Assembly: GCF_009914755.1 (NCBI RefSeq)
Contig: NC_060928.1
Source: the human T2T-CHM13v2.0 reference genome, Homo sapiens
DNA: 64,000 nt
Direction: 5' to 3' (one strand)
Made by a program: the position numbers and the translations under genes. Positions within the stretch are counted from its first letter, which is position 1; each line of letters begins with the position of its first letter. Below the pieces are notes generated by a model that had not been told where the DNA came from, made no database searches, and worked only from the letters and a program-made list of their open reading frames with translations. Shown in pieces: positions 47,543 through 64,000 of this stretch.

Positions 47543-48001
47543 TGCCCAGGCTTGCTTAGGTAAACAAAGCAGCCGGGAAGCTCGAACTGGGTGGAGCCCA
47601 CCACAGCTCAAGGAGGCCTGCCTGCCTCTGTAGGCTCCACCTCTGGGGGCAGGGCACAGACAAACAAAAAGACAGCAGTAACCTCTGCAGACTTAAGTGT
47701 CCCTGTCTGACAGCTTTGAAGAGAGCAGTGGTTCTCCCAGCACGCAGCTGGAGATCTGAGAACGGGCAGACAGACTGCCTCCTCAAGTGGGTCCCTGACT
47801 CCTGACCCCCGAGCAGCCTAACTGGGAGGCACCCCCCAGCAGGGGCACACTGACACCTCACACGGCAGGGTATTCCAACAGACCTGCAGCTGAGGGTCCT
47901 GTCTGTTAGAAGGAAAACTAACAACCAGAAAGGACATCTACACCGAAAACCCATCTGTACATCACCATCATCAAAGACCAAAAGTAGATAAAACCACAAA
48001 G

Positions 48002-49018
48002 ATGGGGAAAAAACAGAACAGAAAAACTGGAAACTCTAAAACGCAGAGCACCTCTCCTCCTCCAAAGGAATGCAGTTCCTCACCAGCAACAGAACAAAGC
48101 TGGACGGAGAATGATTTTGACGAGCTGAGAGAAGAAGGCTTCAGACGATCAAATTACTCTGAGCTACGGGAGGACATTCAAACCAAAGGCAAAGAAGTTG
48201 AAAACTTTGAAAAAAATTTAGAAGAATGTATAACTAGAATAACCAATACAGAGAAGTGCTTAAAGGAGCTGATGGAGCTGAAAACCAAGGCTCGAGAACT
48301 ACGTGAAGAATGCAGAAGCCTCAGGAGCCGATGCGATCAACTGGAAGAAAGGGTATCAGCAATGGAAGATGAAATGAATGAAATGAAGCAAGAAGGGAAG
48401 TTTAGAGAAAAAAGAATAAAAAGAAATGAGCAAAGCCTCCAAGAAATATGGGACTATGTGAAAAGACCAAATCTACGTCTGATTGGTGTACCTGAAAGTG
48501 ATGTGGAGAATGGAACCAAGTTGGAAAACACTCTGCAGGATATTATCCAGGAGAACTTCCCCAATCTAGCAAGGCAGGCCAACGTTCAGATTCAGGAAAT
48601 ACAGAGAACGCCACAAAGATACTCCTCGAGAAGAGCAACTCCAAGACACATAATTGTCAGATTCACCAAAGTTGAAATGAAGGAAAAAATGTTAAGGGCA
48701 GCCAGAGAGAAAGGTCGGGTTACCCTCAAAGGAAAGCCCATCAGACTAACAGCGGATCTCTCGGCAGAAACCCTACAAGCCAGAAGAGAGTGGGGGCCAA
48801 TATTCAACATTCTAAAAGAAAAGAATTTTCAACCCAGAATTTCATATCCAGCCAAACTAAGCTTCATAAGTGAAGGAGAAATAAAATACTTTATAGACAA
48901 GCAAATGCTGAGAGATTTTGTCACCACCAGGCCTGCCCTAAAAGAGCTCCTGAAGGAAGCGCTAAACATGGAAAGGAACAACCGGTACCAGCCGCTGCAA
49001 AATCATGCCAAAATGTAA
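48002..49018 (+). CDS. L1 ORF1p, intact 338 aa
   Basis: MGKKQNRK...NHAKM, with REKG, ARR and YPAKLS motifs intact. Confidence 0.97.
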   Translation: MGKKQNRKTGNSKTQSTSPPPKECSSSPATEQSWTENDFDELREEGFRRSNYSELREDIQTKGKEVENFEKNLEECITRITNTEKCLKELMELKTKARELREECRSLRSRCDQLEERVSAMEDEMNEMKQEGKFREKRIKRNEQSLQEIWDYVKRPNLRLIGVPESDVENGTKLENTLQDIIQENFPNLARQANVQIQEIQRTPQRYSSRRATPRHIIVRFTKVEMKEKMLRAAREKGRVTLKGKPIRLTADLSAETLQARREWGPIFNILKEKNFQPRISYPAKLSFISEGEIKYFIDKQMLRDFVTTRPALKELLKEALNMERNNRYQPLQNHAKM

Positions 49019-49057
49019 AGACCATCGAGACTAGGAAGAAACTGCATCAACTAATGA

Positions 49058-52908
<3,851 letters not shown>

Positions 52909-53111
52909 ACAATGAGATCACATGGACACAGGAAGGGGAATATCACACTCTGGGAACTGTGGTGGGGTCGGGGGAGGGGGGAGGGATAGCATTGGGAGAT
53001 ATACCTAATGCTAGATGACACATTAGTGGGTGCAGCGCACCAGCATGGCACATGTATACATATGTAACTAACCTGCACAATGTGCACATGTACCCTAAAA
53101 CTTAGAGTATA

Positions 53112-53145
<34 letters not shown>

Positions 53146-53539
53146 ATTTGGGGGCTTGAAAAATTTACAATTTCACAAACTTTTGGGAATTTGTTAATTT
53201 TCAGAAGATATTTAATGCTCATATCTGTGAATCACCATATTAGAAAATGGTAATACAAAGGTAAAAGAGGTATTTCTGGCATTTTCATAAAAGTATTAAA
53301 GAATTTCAGTGTTTTTGTTGTTGTTTAAATTCTCTTGTAAAATTGTTTATAGAATCAAAACAGAGTTATCTCACTCAAACAAACAGTAAACATGAATTCC
53401 TTATTTCCTATTTTCTGTGCAAGTGCTCACCTTGGTTCTGGAAATGTAAGGTTAAAAATGTAGATTAGGTCCCTATTACCTTGAAGCAAATTTTTAAAAT
53501 AGTATATTTTGAGATACTGATTTAAACTATTCTAATTAC

Positions 53540-55020
53540 CAGAAGTTGCCAAATGCCCAGGGATTACATGAATAAAGCAATGTTGGTGTGAGATTTCTGG
53601 TGTGCCCTTGATCCAAAGTATAAAAGGGTCTGCATAGAGAAACGGCCATATCATTCCAAAATGAATATCTGTTATCTACCTTATGGCTGGCAGGAAAAGA
53701 ACACTGGGGAAAGAGAGTTGGGTACAGCCCAACAGATGAAAGACAAAAACTTCTCTGGGATTCAACCAATTCTGAAAGCTCAGACTCAGTTTGGAGGATG
53801 CAGAAGTAGATGAGATATGTACTACAGGGTTCTGTAAGTTGAAGGAACTGCCCAGAGAAACTGAGCAGAATACCAGGAGCTAGGAATTCACCAATTAGGG
53901 TTTTCTGTCTGGAGACTATATGCAACATTCTAACTAGAATGTCTAGAGATGAAACATACAATAAATGAAATGAAATATATGCTGCATGGTATTAAAAGCA
54001 CATTGGACACTTCAGAAGAAAAAAAATCCTTGAAACTGAAGACATATGAAAGACCTTATCCAAAATAAAGCACATAGGAGAAAGAATATGAAAAAGAAAA
54101 ACCAACCATGAGCCTTATTGAACTGTGGGACTATGTCACTTGCCTTAACATATCAGCAATTGAGGTCTCAGAAGAATACTCGAAGTGTGGGGTTCAGAAA
54201 ATTATATGAAGAAATAATTACTTACATCTTTTTGAATTTGATAACAATTACAAATGCAGATACACAAAGTACAATTAACATCAAGTAGCAGAAAGAAAGA
54301 AAACCAAACTAAAGCATACCATAAACAAATTGGTGAAAGCCAGCATCAAAAAGAAAAAAAAAAACTTTAAAAGTAGCCAGACAAATACTGAAACAGGAGA
54401 AATTCTGCACAGAGGAACAGAGATGAGAATGGCAGCAAGCTTCTCCTCAGAGGCTATGAAGCCCAGAAGACAATGGAAAATTTCTAAAGTACTCAAACAA
54501 AGAAAAAGCCATACCTAGCAAGATTATCTTTCAAAAATTAAGCTAAAAGAAAGACCTTCTAAAAACAATGTAAAGCTGAAAGATTTCAAGAGTTACAACT
54601 CTTGAAATATAATAATGTAATAATGACAGAGAATGTAATAATACCATGACAGAGAATGTAATAATACCAGATGGAAATCTGGATCTACATATAGAAATGA
54701 AGAGGGCCAGAAATGCTACATATGTAGGTAAACATAGAAAACTTTTTTCCTTTCATTTTAAGCACTTTAAAAGCTAATGAATTGTTTAGAGCAAAAACCA
54801 TAACAAAGTACTGTGGAGTGTACAACATAGGTAGAATTAAATGTATGAAACTAATAGCACAAAATGTGTGTGCTGGGGTAGGGAGGGTAGTGTACTCTGG
54901 TAAGTTTCTTACAGCATATGTAAAGTGTTAACAATATTATTTGAAGGTACATTGTGATAAGTTAATGATATATACTATAAACCCTAGAGCAAACACCAAA
55001 AAGTAAAATATAGTTAATTA
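53540..55020 (+). mobile_element. Ancient L1M 5'/ORF1 region (approximate)
   Basis: Degenerate ORF1-like sequence (ACTGTGGGAC..., CTTCTCCTCAGAGGCTATGAAGCCCAGAAGACAATGG). Confidence 0.65.
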
Positions 55021-55022
55021 AC

Positions 55023-55417
55023 TATGTTAGTTTGGTATTGCTGCTGTAATAGATGACCACGAAATTTAATATCTTAAGTAACATCAATTCATTATTTCAT
55101 AATTCTGTAAGCTGAAAGTCCAACAGAGATCTCAAAACACTAAAATCAAGGTATCTGCAGTTCCTTTCTTGGGGCCATAGCAAAGAATCTGTTTCTTTTT
55201 TCAGCGGGGTTGCTGGCAAGATTTAGTTATTTGAAGTTATAGTATTGGGGCCTTTGATGGTTTGGGGCCCTTGATGGCTACCAGTGGAGGACAATTTCCA
55301 CCTAGCCACCATCCATACTTCTAGGCTTGTGGTCACTTTCCTCATCTTCAAAGCCATTTCTTCCACTTCCTTTTCCATCTCATTTCTTTTTCAATACAGG
55401 GGAGAAAAGATATCCAC
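55023..55417 (-). mobile_element. MaLR MLT1-type LTR, left part (interrupted by L1PA5)
   Basis: TATGTTAGTTTGGTATTGCTGCTGTAA...ATTCATTATTTCATAATTCTGTAAG...AAAATCAAGGT. Confidence 0.7.
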
Positions 55418-58400
55418 TTTTTTTTTATACTTTAAGTTCTAGGGTACATGTGCACAACGTGCAGGTTTGTTACATATGTATACATGTACCATGTTGGTGT
55501 GCGGCACCCATTAACTCGTCATTTACATTGGGTATATCTCCTAATGCTTTCCCTCCCCCCTCTCCCCACCCCACAACAGGCCCTGGTGTGTGATGCTCCC
55601 CTTCCTGTGTCCAAGTGTTCTCATCGTTCAATTCCCACCTATGAGTGAGAACATGCGGTGTTTGGTTTTTTGTTCTTGCGATAGTTTGCTGAGAATGATG
55701 GTTTCCACCTTCATCCATGTCCCTATAAAGGACATGAACTCATCCTTTTTTATGGCTGCCTAGTATTCCACGGTGTATATGTGCCACATTTTCTTAATCC
55801 AGTCTATATTGATGGACATTTGGGTTGGTTCCAAGTCTTTGCTATTGTGAATAGTGCTGCAATAAACATACATGTGCATGTGCCTTTATAGCAGCATGAT
55901 TTATAATCCTTTGGGTATATACCCCTTAATGGGATGGCTGGGTCAAATGGTATTTCTAGTTCTATGTCTTTGAGGAATCACCACACTGTCTTCCACAATG
56001 GTTGAACTAGTTTACAGTCCCAGCAACAGTGTAAATGTGTTCCTATTTCTCCACATCCTCTCCAGCACCTGTTGTTTCCTGACTTTTTAATGATCACCAT
56101 TCTAACTGGTGTGAGATGGTATCTCATTGTGGTTTTGATTTGCATTTCTCTGATGACCAGTGATGATGAGCATTTTTTCATGTGTCTGTTGGCTGCATAA
56201 ATGTCTTCTTTTGAGAAGTGTCTGTTCATATCCTTTACCCACTTTTCGATGGGTTCTTTGTTTTTTTCTTGTAAATTTGTTTGAGTTCTTTGTAGATTCT
56301 GGATATTAGCCCTTTGTCAGATGAGTAGATTGCAGAAATTTTCTCCCATTCTGTAGGTTGCCTGTTCACTCTGAAGGTAGTTTCTTTTGCTGTGAAGCTC
56401 TTTAGTTTAATTAGATCCCATTTGTCTATTCTGGCTTTTGTTGCCATTGCTTTTGGTGTTTTAGACATGAAGTCCTTGCCCATGCCTATGTCCTGAATGG
56501 TATTGCCTAGGTTTTCTTCTAGGGTTTTTATCGTTTTAGGTCTAACATTTAAGTCTTTAATCCATCTTGAATTAATTTTTGTATAAGACATAAGGAAGGG
56601 ATCCAGTTTCAGCTTTGTACATATGGCTAGCCAGTTTTCCCAGCACCATTTATTAAAAAGGGAATCCTTTCCCCATTTCTTGTTTTTGTCAGGTTTGTCA
56701 AAGATCAGATGGTTGTAGATGTGTGGTATTATTTCTGAGGGCTCTGTTCTGTTCCATTGGTCTATATCTCTGTTTTGGTACCAGTACCATGCTGTTTTGG
56801 TTACTGTAGCCTTGTAGTATAGTATGAAGTCAGGTAGCGTGATGCCTCCAGCTTTGTTCTTTTGGCTTAGGATTGTTTTGGCAATGTGGGCTCTTTTTTG
56901 GTTCCGTATGAACTTTAAAGTAGTTTTTTCCAATTCTGTGAAGAAAGTCATTGGTAGCTTGATGGGGATGGTATTGAATCTATAAATTACCTTGGGCAGT
57001 ATGCCCATTTTTATGATATTGATTCTTCCTATCCATGAGCATGGAATGTTCTTCCATTTGTTTGTATCCTCTTTTATTTTGTTGAGCAGTGGTTTGCTGT
57101 TCTCCTTGAAGAGGTCCTTCACATCCCTTTTAAGTTGGATTCCTAGGTATTTTATTCTCTTTGAAGCAATTATGAATGGGAGTTCACTCATGATTTGGCT
57201 CTCTGTTTGCCTGTTATTGGTGTATAAGAATACTTGTGGTTTTTGCACATTGATTTTGTATCCTGAGACTTTGCTGAAGTTGCTTATCAGCTTAAGGGGA
57301 TTTTGGGCTGAGATGATAGGGTTTTCTAAATATACAATCATGTCATCTGCAAACAGGGACAATTTGACTTCCTATTTTCCTAATTGAATACCCTTTATTT
57401 CTTCCTCCTGCCTGATTGCCCTGGCCTGAAATTCCAACACTATGTTGAATAGGAGTGGTGAGAGAGAGCATCCCTGTCTTGTGCCAGTTTTCAAAGGGAA
57501 TGCTTCCAGTTTATGTCCATTCAGTATGATATTGGCTGTTGGTTTGTCATAAATAGATCTTAATATTTTGAGATACATCCCATCAATACCTAATTTATTG
57601 AGAGTTTTTAGCATGAAGGGCTGTCGAATTTTGTCAAAGGCCTTTGCTGCCTCTATTGAGATAATCATGTGGTTTTTGTCTTTGGTTCTGTTTATATGCT
57701 GGATTACATTTAATGATTTGCGTACGTTGAACCAGTCTTGCATCCCAGGGATGAAGCCAACTTGATCGTGGTGGATAAGCTTTTTGATGTGCTGCTGGAT
57801 TCGGTTTGCCAGTATCTTATTGAGGATTTTTGCATCAATGTTCATCAGCGATATTGGTCTAAAATTCTCTTTTTTTGCTGTGTCTCTGCCAGGCTTTGGT
57901 ATCACAATGATGCTGAACTCATAAAATGAGTTAGGGAGGATATCCTCTTTTTCTATTGATTGGAATAGTTTCAGAAGGAATGGTACCATCTCCTCCTTGT
58001 ACCTCTGGTAGAATTTGGCTGTGAATCTATCTGGTCCTGGACTTTTTTTGGTTGGTACGCTCTTAATTATTGCCTCAATTTCGGAACCTGTTATTGGTCT
58101 ATTCAGGGATTCAACTTCTTCCTTGTTTAGTCTTGGGAGAGTGTATTTGTCGAGGAATTTATCCATTTCTTCTAGATTTTCTAGTTTATTTGTGTAGAGG
58201 TGTTTATAGTATTCTTTGATGGTAGTTTGTATTTCTGTGGGATCGGTGGTGATATCCCCTTTATCATTGTTTATTGCATCTATTTGATTCTTCTCTCTTT
58301 TCTTCTTTATTACTCTGGCTAGCAGTCTATCAATTTTGTTGATCTTTTCAAAAAACCAGCTTCTGGATTCATTGATTTTTTGAAGGGTTTTTTGTGTCTC

Positions 58401-61400
58401 TATTTCCTTCAGTTCTGCTCTGATCTTAGTTATTTCTTGCCTTCTGCTAGCTTTTGAATGTGTTTGCTCTTGCCTCTCTAGTTCTTTTAATTGTGATGTT
58501 AGGGTGTCAATTTTAGCTCTTTCCTGCTTTCTCTTGTGGGCATTTAGTGCTATAAATTTCCCTCTCCACACTGCTTTAAATGTGTCCCAGAGATTCTGGT
58601 ATGTTTTGTCTTTGTTCTCACTGGTTTCAAAGAACATCTTTATTTCTGCCTTCATTTCATTATGTACCCAGTAGTCATTCAGGAGCAGGTTGTTCAGTTT
58701 CCATGTAGTTGAGTGGTTTTGAGTGAGTTTCTTAATCCTGAGTTCTAATTTGATTGCACTGTGGTCTGAGAGACACTTTGTTATAATTTCTGTTCTTTTA
58801 CATTTGCTGAGGAGTGCTTTCCTTCCAACTAAGTGGTGAATTTTGGAATAAGTGCCATGTGGTGCTGAGAAGAATGTATATTCTGTTGATTTGGGGTGAA
58901 GAGTTCCGTAGATGTCTATTAGGTCGGCTTGGTGCAGAGTTGAGTTCAATTCCTGGATATCCTTGTTAACTTTCTATGTCGTTGATCTGTCTAATGTTGA
59001 CAGTAGGGTGTTAAAGTCTTCCATTATTATTGTGTGGGAGTCTAAGTCTCTTTGTAGATCTCTAAGTATTTGCTTTACGAATCTGGATGCTCCCATATTG
59101 GGTGCATACATATTTAAGATAGTTAGCTCTTTTTGTTGAATTGATGCCTTTACCATTATGTAATGGCCTTCTTTTTGTCTTTTGATCTTTGTTGGTTTAA
59201 AGTCTGTTTTATCAGAGACTAGGATTGCAAACCCTGCTTTTTTTGTTTTACATTTGTCTGGTAGATCTTCCTCCATCCCTTTATTTTGAGCCTATGTGTG
59301 TCTCTGCATGTGAGATGGGTCTCCTGAATACAGCACACTGATGGGTCTTGACTCTTTATCCAATTTGCCAGTCTGTGTCTTTTAATTCGAGCATTTAGCC
59401 CATTTACTTTTAAGATTAATATTGTTATGTGTGAAATTGATCCTGTCATTATGATGTTAGCTGTTTATTTTGCTCGTTAGTTGATGCAGTTTCTTCCTAG
59501 CCTCGATGGTCTTTACAATTTGTCATGTTTTTGCAGTGGCTGGTACCGATTGTTCCTTCCATGTTTAGTGCTTCCTTCAGGAGCTCTTGTAGGGCAGGCC
59601 TGGTGGTGAGAAAATCCCTCAGCATTTGCTTGTCTGTAAAGGATTTTATTTCTCCTTCACTTATGAAGCTAGTTTGGCTGGATATGAAATTCTGGGTTGA
59701 AAATTCTTTCCTTTAAGAATGTTGAATATTGGCCCCCACTCTCTTCTGCCTTTTAGAGCTTCTGTCAAGAGATCTGCTGTTAGTCTGATGGGTTTCCCTT
59801 TGTGGGAAACCTGACCTTTCTCTCTGGCTGCCCTTAACATTTTTTCCTTCATTTAAACTTTGATGAATCTGATAATTACGTATCTTGGAGTTGCTCTTCT
59901 TGAGGAGTATCTTTGTGGCGTTCTCTGTATTTCATGAATTTGAATGTTGGCCTGCCTTGCTAGGTTGGGGAAATTCTCCTGCATAATATCCTGCAGAGTG
60001 TTTTCCAACTTGGTTCCATTCTCCCCATCACTTTCAGGTACACCAGTCAGACGTAAATTTGGTGTTTTCACATAGTCCCATATTTGTTGGAAGCTTTGTT
60101 CATTTCTTTTTACCCTTTTTTCTCCAAGCTTCTCTTCTCACTTCATTTCATTCATTTGATCTTCCATCACTGATACTCTTTCTTCCAGTTGATCAAATCA
60201 GCTACTGAAGCTTGTGCATTCATCATGTAGTTCTCTTGCCATGGTTTTCAGCTCTATCAGGTGATTTAAGGACTTCTCTACAGTGGTTATTCTAGTTAGC
60301 CATTTGTCTAATGTTTTTTCAAGGTTTTTAGCTTCTTTTTGTTGGGTTCAAACTTCCTCCTTTAGCTCGGAGAAGTTTGAGTGTCTGAAGCCTTCTTCTC
60401 TCAACTCGTCAAAGTTATTCGCTGTCCAGCTGTCTTCTGTTGCTGGGGAGGAGCTGCGTTCCTTTGGAGGGGGAGAGGTGCTCTGATTTTTAGTATTTTC
60501 AGCTTTTCTGCTCTGTTTTTTCCCCATCTTTGTGGTTTTATCTACCTTTGGTCTTTGATGATGGTGACGTACAGATGGGGTTTTGGTGTGGATGTCCTTT
60601 CTGTTTGTTAGTTTTCTTTCTAACAGTAAGAACCCTCAGCTGCAGGTATGTTGGAGTTTGCTGGAGGTCCACTCCAGACCCTGTTTGCCTGGGTATCAGC
60701 AGCAGAGGCTGCAGAACAGTGAATATTGCTGAACAGCAAATGTTCCTGCCTGATCGTTCCTCTGGAAGCTTCGTCTCAGAGGGGTACCTGGCCATGTGAG
60801 GTGTCAGTCTGCCCCTACTTGGGGGGTGCCTCCCAGTTAGGCTACTCGGGGGTCAGGGACCCACTTGAGGAGGCAGTCTGTCCGTTCTCAGATCTCAAAC
60901 TCTGTGCTGGGAGAAGCACTACTCTCTTCAAAGCTGTCAGACAGGGACATTTAAGTCTGCAGGGGTTTCTGCTGCCTTTTGTTCAGCTATGCCCTGCCCC
61001 CAGAGGTGGAGTCTACAGAGGCAGGCAGGCCTCCTTGAGCAGCAGTGGGCTCTACCCAGATGGAGCTTCCTGGCAGCTTTGTTTACCTACTCAAGCCTCA
61101 GCAATGGCAGGCGCCCCTCCCCCAGCCTTGCTGCTGTCTTGCAGTTCGATGTCAGACAGCTGTGCTAGTAACGAGTGAGGCTTCATGTGCATGGTACCCT
61201 CCGAGCCATGCACGGGATATAATCTCCTGGTGTGCCGTTCGCTAAGACCGTTGAAAAAGCACAGTATTAGGGTGAGAGTGACTCGATTTTCCAGGTGCCA
61301 TCTATCACCCTTCCCTCTTCTAGGAAAGGGAATTCCCTGACCCCTTGAGCTTCCCTGGTGAGGTGATGCCTCACCCTGCTTCAGCTCACACTGGTGGGCT

Positions 61401-61554
61401 GCACCCACTGTCCTGCCCCCACTGTCCGATAAGCCCCAGTGAGATGAACCGGGTACCTCAGTTGGAAATGCAGAAATCACCCATCTTCTGTGTCGCTCAC
61501 ACTGGGAGCTACAGACTGGAGCTGTTCCTATTCGACCATCTTGGAACCAAGCCC
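55418..61554 (-). mobile_element. Full-length L1PA5-like element, ORFs disrupted, same orientation as SPOCK3
   Basis: It has 5' CCAAGATGGTC at ~61535-61545, ORF1 MGKKQSRKAEN, ORF2 fragments (525 aa and 375 aa), the 3' UTR and poly(T). The TSD is degenerate: AAGATATCCACTTT / AAGATGTCCTCTTT. Confidence 0.95.
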
Positions 61555-61750
61555 AAGATGTCCTCTTTTAAGAATGTATGTGATTAGATAGGGCCTATCC
61601 AGATAATCCAGGATAATCTCCTTATTTAAAGGTCAGGTGATTCATAACTTTAATTCCATCTGCAATCTTAGTTCCATTTGCCATGTAATATATCAGGTCC
61701 TGAGATTAGAATGTGAACATCTTTGAGAAGTCATTATTTGCCTCCCATCT
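61555..61750 (-). mobile_element. MaLR MLT1-type LTR, right part
   Basis: GTGATTAGATAGGGCCTATCCAGATAATCCAGGATAATCTCC...GAGATTAGAATGTGAACATCTTTG. Confidence 0.75.
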
Positions 61751-61754
61751 AAAC

Positions 61755-62105
61755 CAGTTGTGGAGCTGAAATGTGAATCGTGAAAAAATATAAAACTGAT
61801 ATGTCTAATTGAAAATAAGGCAAGATAAGAGAAAAAGAAAATAACAGCAATAAAATAAAATAATACCAAGATGGAAGTTTTAAACACAACCGTATTGACA
61901 ATCATTAAATTAATATGGTCTAACCCTTAGATAAAAAGGTAGAGATTGTCAGACCAGACAAAAATGTCAAACTCAATGCTATGCTGTCTCTAAGAGACCC
62001 GTTTTAGATATAAAGATACAGACTGGTTAAGAGTAAAATAATGGAACATTTAATCATAAAAGCTGGAGTGGCTATGTTTACGTAAGACAAATTAGACACC
62101 AGAAA
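61755..62105 (+). mobile_element. Ancient L1M continuation (inter-ORF and start of ORF2 endonuclease)
   Basis: AAAAGGTAGAGATTGTCAGAC...ATGCTGTCTCTAAGAGAC...AAAGCTGGAGTGGCTAT. Confidence 0.65.
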
Positions 62106-64000
62106 TTGAGTTAAAAATCTAATTTTCATTGTGGTGACATGAATGAGATTTCAGGTTAGAACTTCAGTTTCCTTTTTATGTCTATCGATCTTGTTTATAA
62201 ATATTTATCATATAATACTATATATACAATGCTATATATATTATACATAGTGATTGTATGATAGATTATATAAATATAATATTATATTATATTTGTATTG
62301 TATTATATAGTGATGAAATGATAGCACTATTCAAGAGCTCTCAAAGTCACCCAATAGTAGCTATTGTTTAAAAAGTTCAGAATAAGAAAATTTTTCACCA
62401 AATTTATTTCATTTTATATTTGTAGCCTCAAAAGAATCATATTTGAAGGGTATATATATAATTTACAATACTGTAATCATTTAATATCTAACATTCTTCT
62501 CAGCATTTGTTGCTTCATCATCCTGATGACTCTTGTAACACACTTTTGTTTATTGAGATATTTAAAATATAACAAAAATATAAGCTTTCTCTATCTTTGA
62601 ATTTCAAGGTAAATAGATTATCTTGAAGAATCCCCACATTGTCTAGATGTGCACATTAAGGCCTAGGTATATTAAAAACAAACAAAGCAAGGTAGTGGTA
62701 GAACACAGTTCAATGACCTGAATCTAAGTTAGGTAGTTTGACATCCTCAGTCCAAACCATTATTATTACATTTCATCAAATTGTTTTTTTAGCAAGCATG
62801 CACACCTGTATGAATTTCATTTATTTTTAGTATAAAAGATAAACTCTTAGTTCTAATGTGCCTAAATGTCATTAAATACCTGTTGCACATCATATGTTTA
62901 GAAACATTCTTTTATATTGATATATGAATTGTGGAATAAGCTTTCCTCAAATAGAGTGAGAAAAATTATTGGAAGTTTAAATATACTTTTGTTTCACACT
63001 ATATTGACAAAAACAGTACTTAATAATGTATTTAAACTGTCAAGGTTGTTTACATGGTACATCATAAAATTATTTATATTAGCTGTTTTAAATTCTTCCT
63101 CCCATAGCCACTGTTATTTCCAGTAATATTTTCAGGACTTATATTTCACCTAATTATAGACCATGTTTTTATAGTTCTTAGCATGCTTGGTAAAATTGCA
63201 ATGAAGAATATTCAGTCAAAACTGCCTCTAAATAAATTCCATAAAACCGAAGATTTTGAAGAAAATCACGGAAAATCAGTATATTTATGGATTATTATAA
63301 ATAATCTCATTTTATTTTATAGTCAGTCTTAAAACCACATGAAGATAATGCTATATAAGGAAAGTTAAACATAAACAGTAATGATTTATTATTGATCCTT
63401 ACTTTTTTCACATTTAAGATTTTAGAACTAGTGAACCAAATACTACAAATAATGCAGTAGTATGTCAAATGAACAAAAAGTACATAAAATATATGTTTAA
63501 AGTATGCAATGCTATCTGCTGTATTTCCAAAAATGCCACATTCCATATTCATTTTTTCTATTATGTTATTCTGAATGTATCTATATTGTGTCTGAATTGC
63601 AATGTGACCTCCTAAGTATATCAATGAAAACTTTTCTTTCCCTAAAAGACTCTGTGTCCAATTTCCAGGAGCATACAATTCACATAATTATAATAATGGT
63701 GAAGAAATTGCATATGAAATATTATCTAATAGCCATCTAATACAATCAAATCTGCTATTCTATCAAATTAGAAGAAAGAGAGGAAAAAAGTAAGGGAAAA
63801 TTTAAATTTATAAAATTGAAATATGATATTATTGGGAAATTGATACAACAGAATATTCACAAGCAGTTTTTAGGAGTCTGAATATTACTTGAAATGAACT
63901 TTTAAATAATTCAGAAACAGTAAACTGCAGAGCTGTGCAAAAACTACTTTTAGATTGAATTCAGATTCCTAGATATGACTCTAAGTGTAGTCATCTTGAG

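Noticed and set aside
54623-54668. 23-bp tandem duplication ATGACAGAGAATGTAATAATACC x2
   Set aside because: It is an ordinary slippage duplication inside an ancient L1.

Overview
This is human genomic DNA, judged by an L1HS Ta-1d element, Alu elements and LTR7/HERV-H. It covers the 3' end of SPOCK3 (testican-3) on the minus strand. There are four coding exons (45948-45727, 33286-33224, 28828-28691, 26314-26145), all joined by phase-1 GT-AG introns, plus a ~1.5 kb 3' UTR. The introns hold three near-full-length L1s: L1PA6-like (+), L1HS Ta-1d (+) and L1PA5-like (-). Downstream of the gene lie a two-LTR HERV-H/LTR7 provirus (7353-13284) and an unusual inverted, two-3'-ended HERV-H structure (<1-1667). 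Four observations stand out. (1) The L1HS lacks its 5' YY1 site, and its antisense ORF0 splice donor is in frame with a SPOCK3 exon 1.5 kb away, predicting an ORF0-testican-3 fusion. (2) Three older L1 copies share many non-consensus substitutions, including an endonuclease D205H change in two of them, pointing to local ectopic gene conversion. (3) The HERV-H at the left edge has a fold-back structure with inverted LTRs. (4) Read-through of one splice donor gives the GKR-stop end expected for the N-Tes isoform. Repeat subfamily calls are by eye from remembered consensus sequences, and nothing here proves a new biological system.
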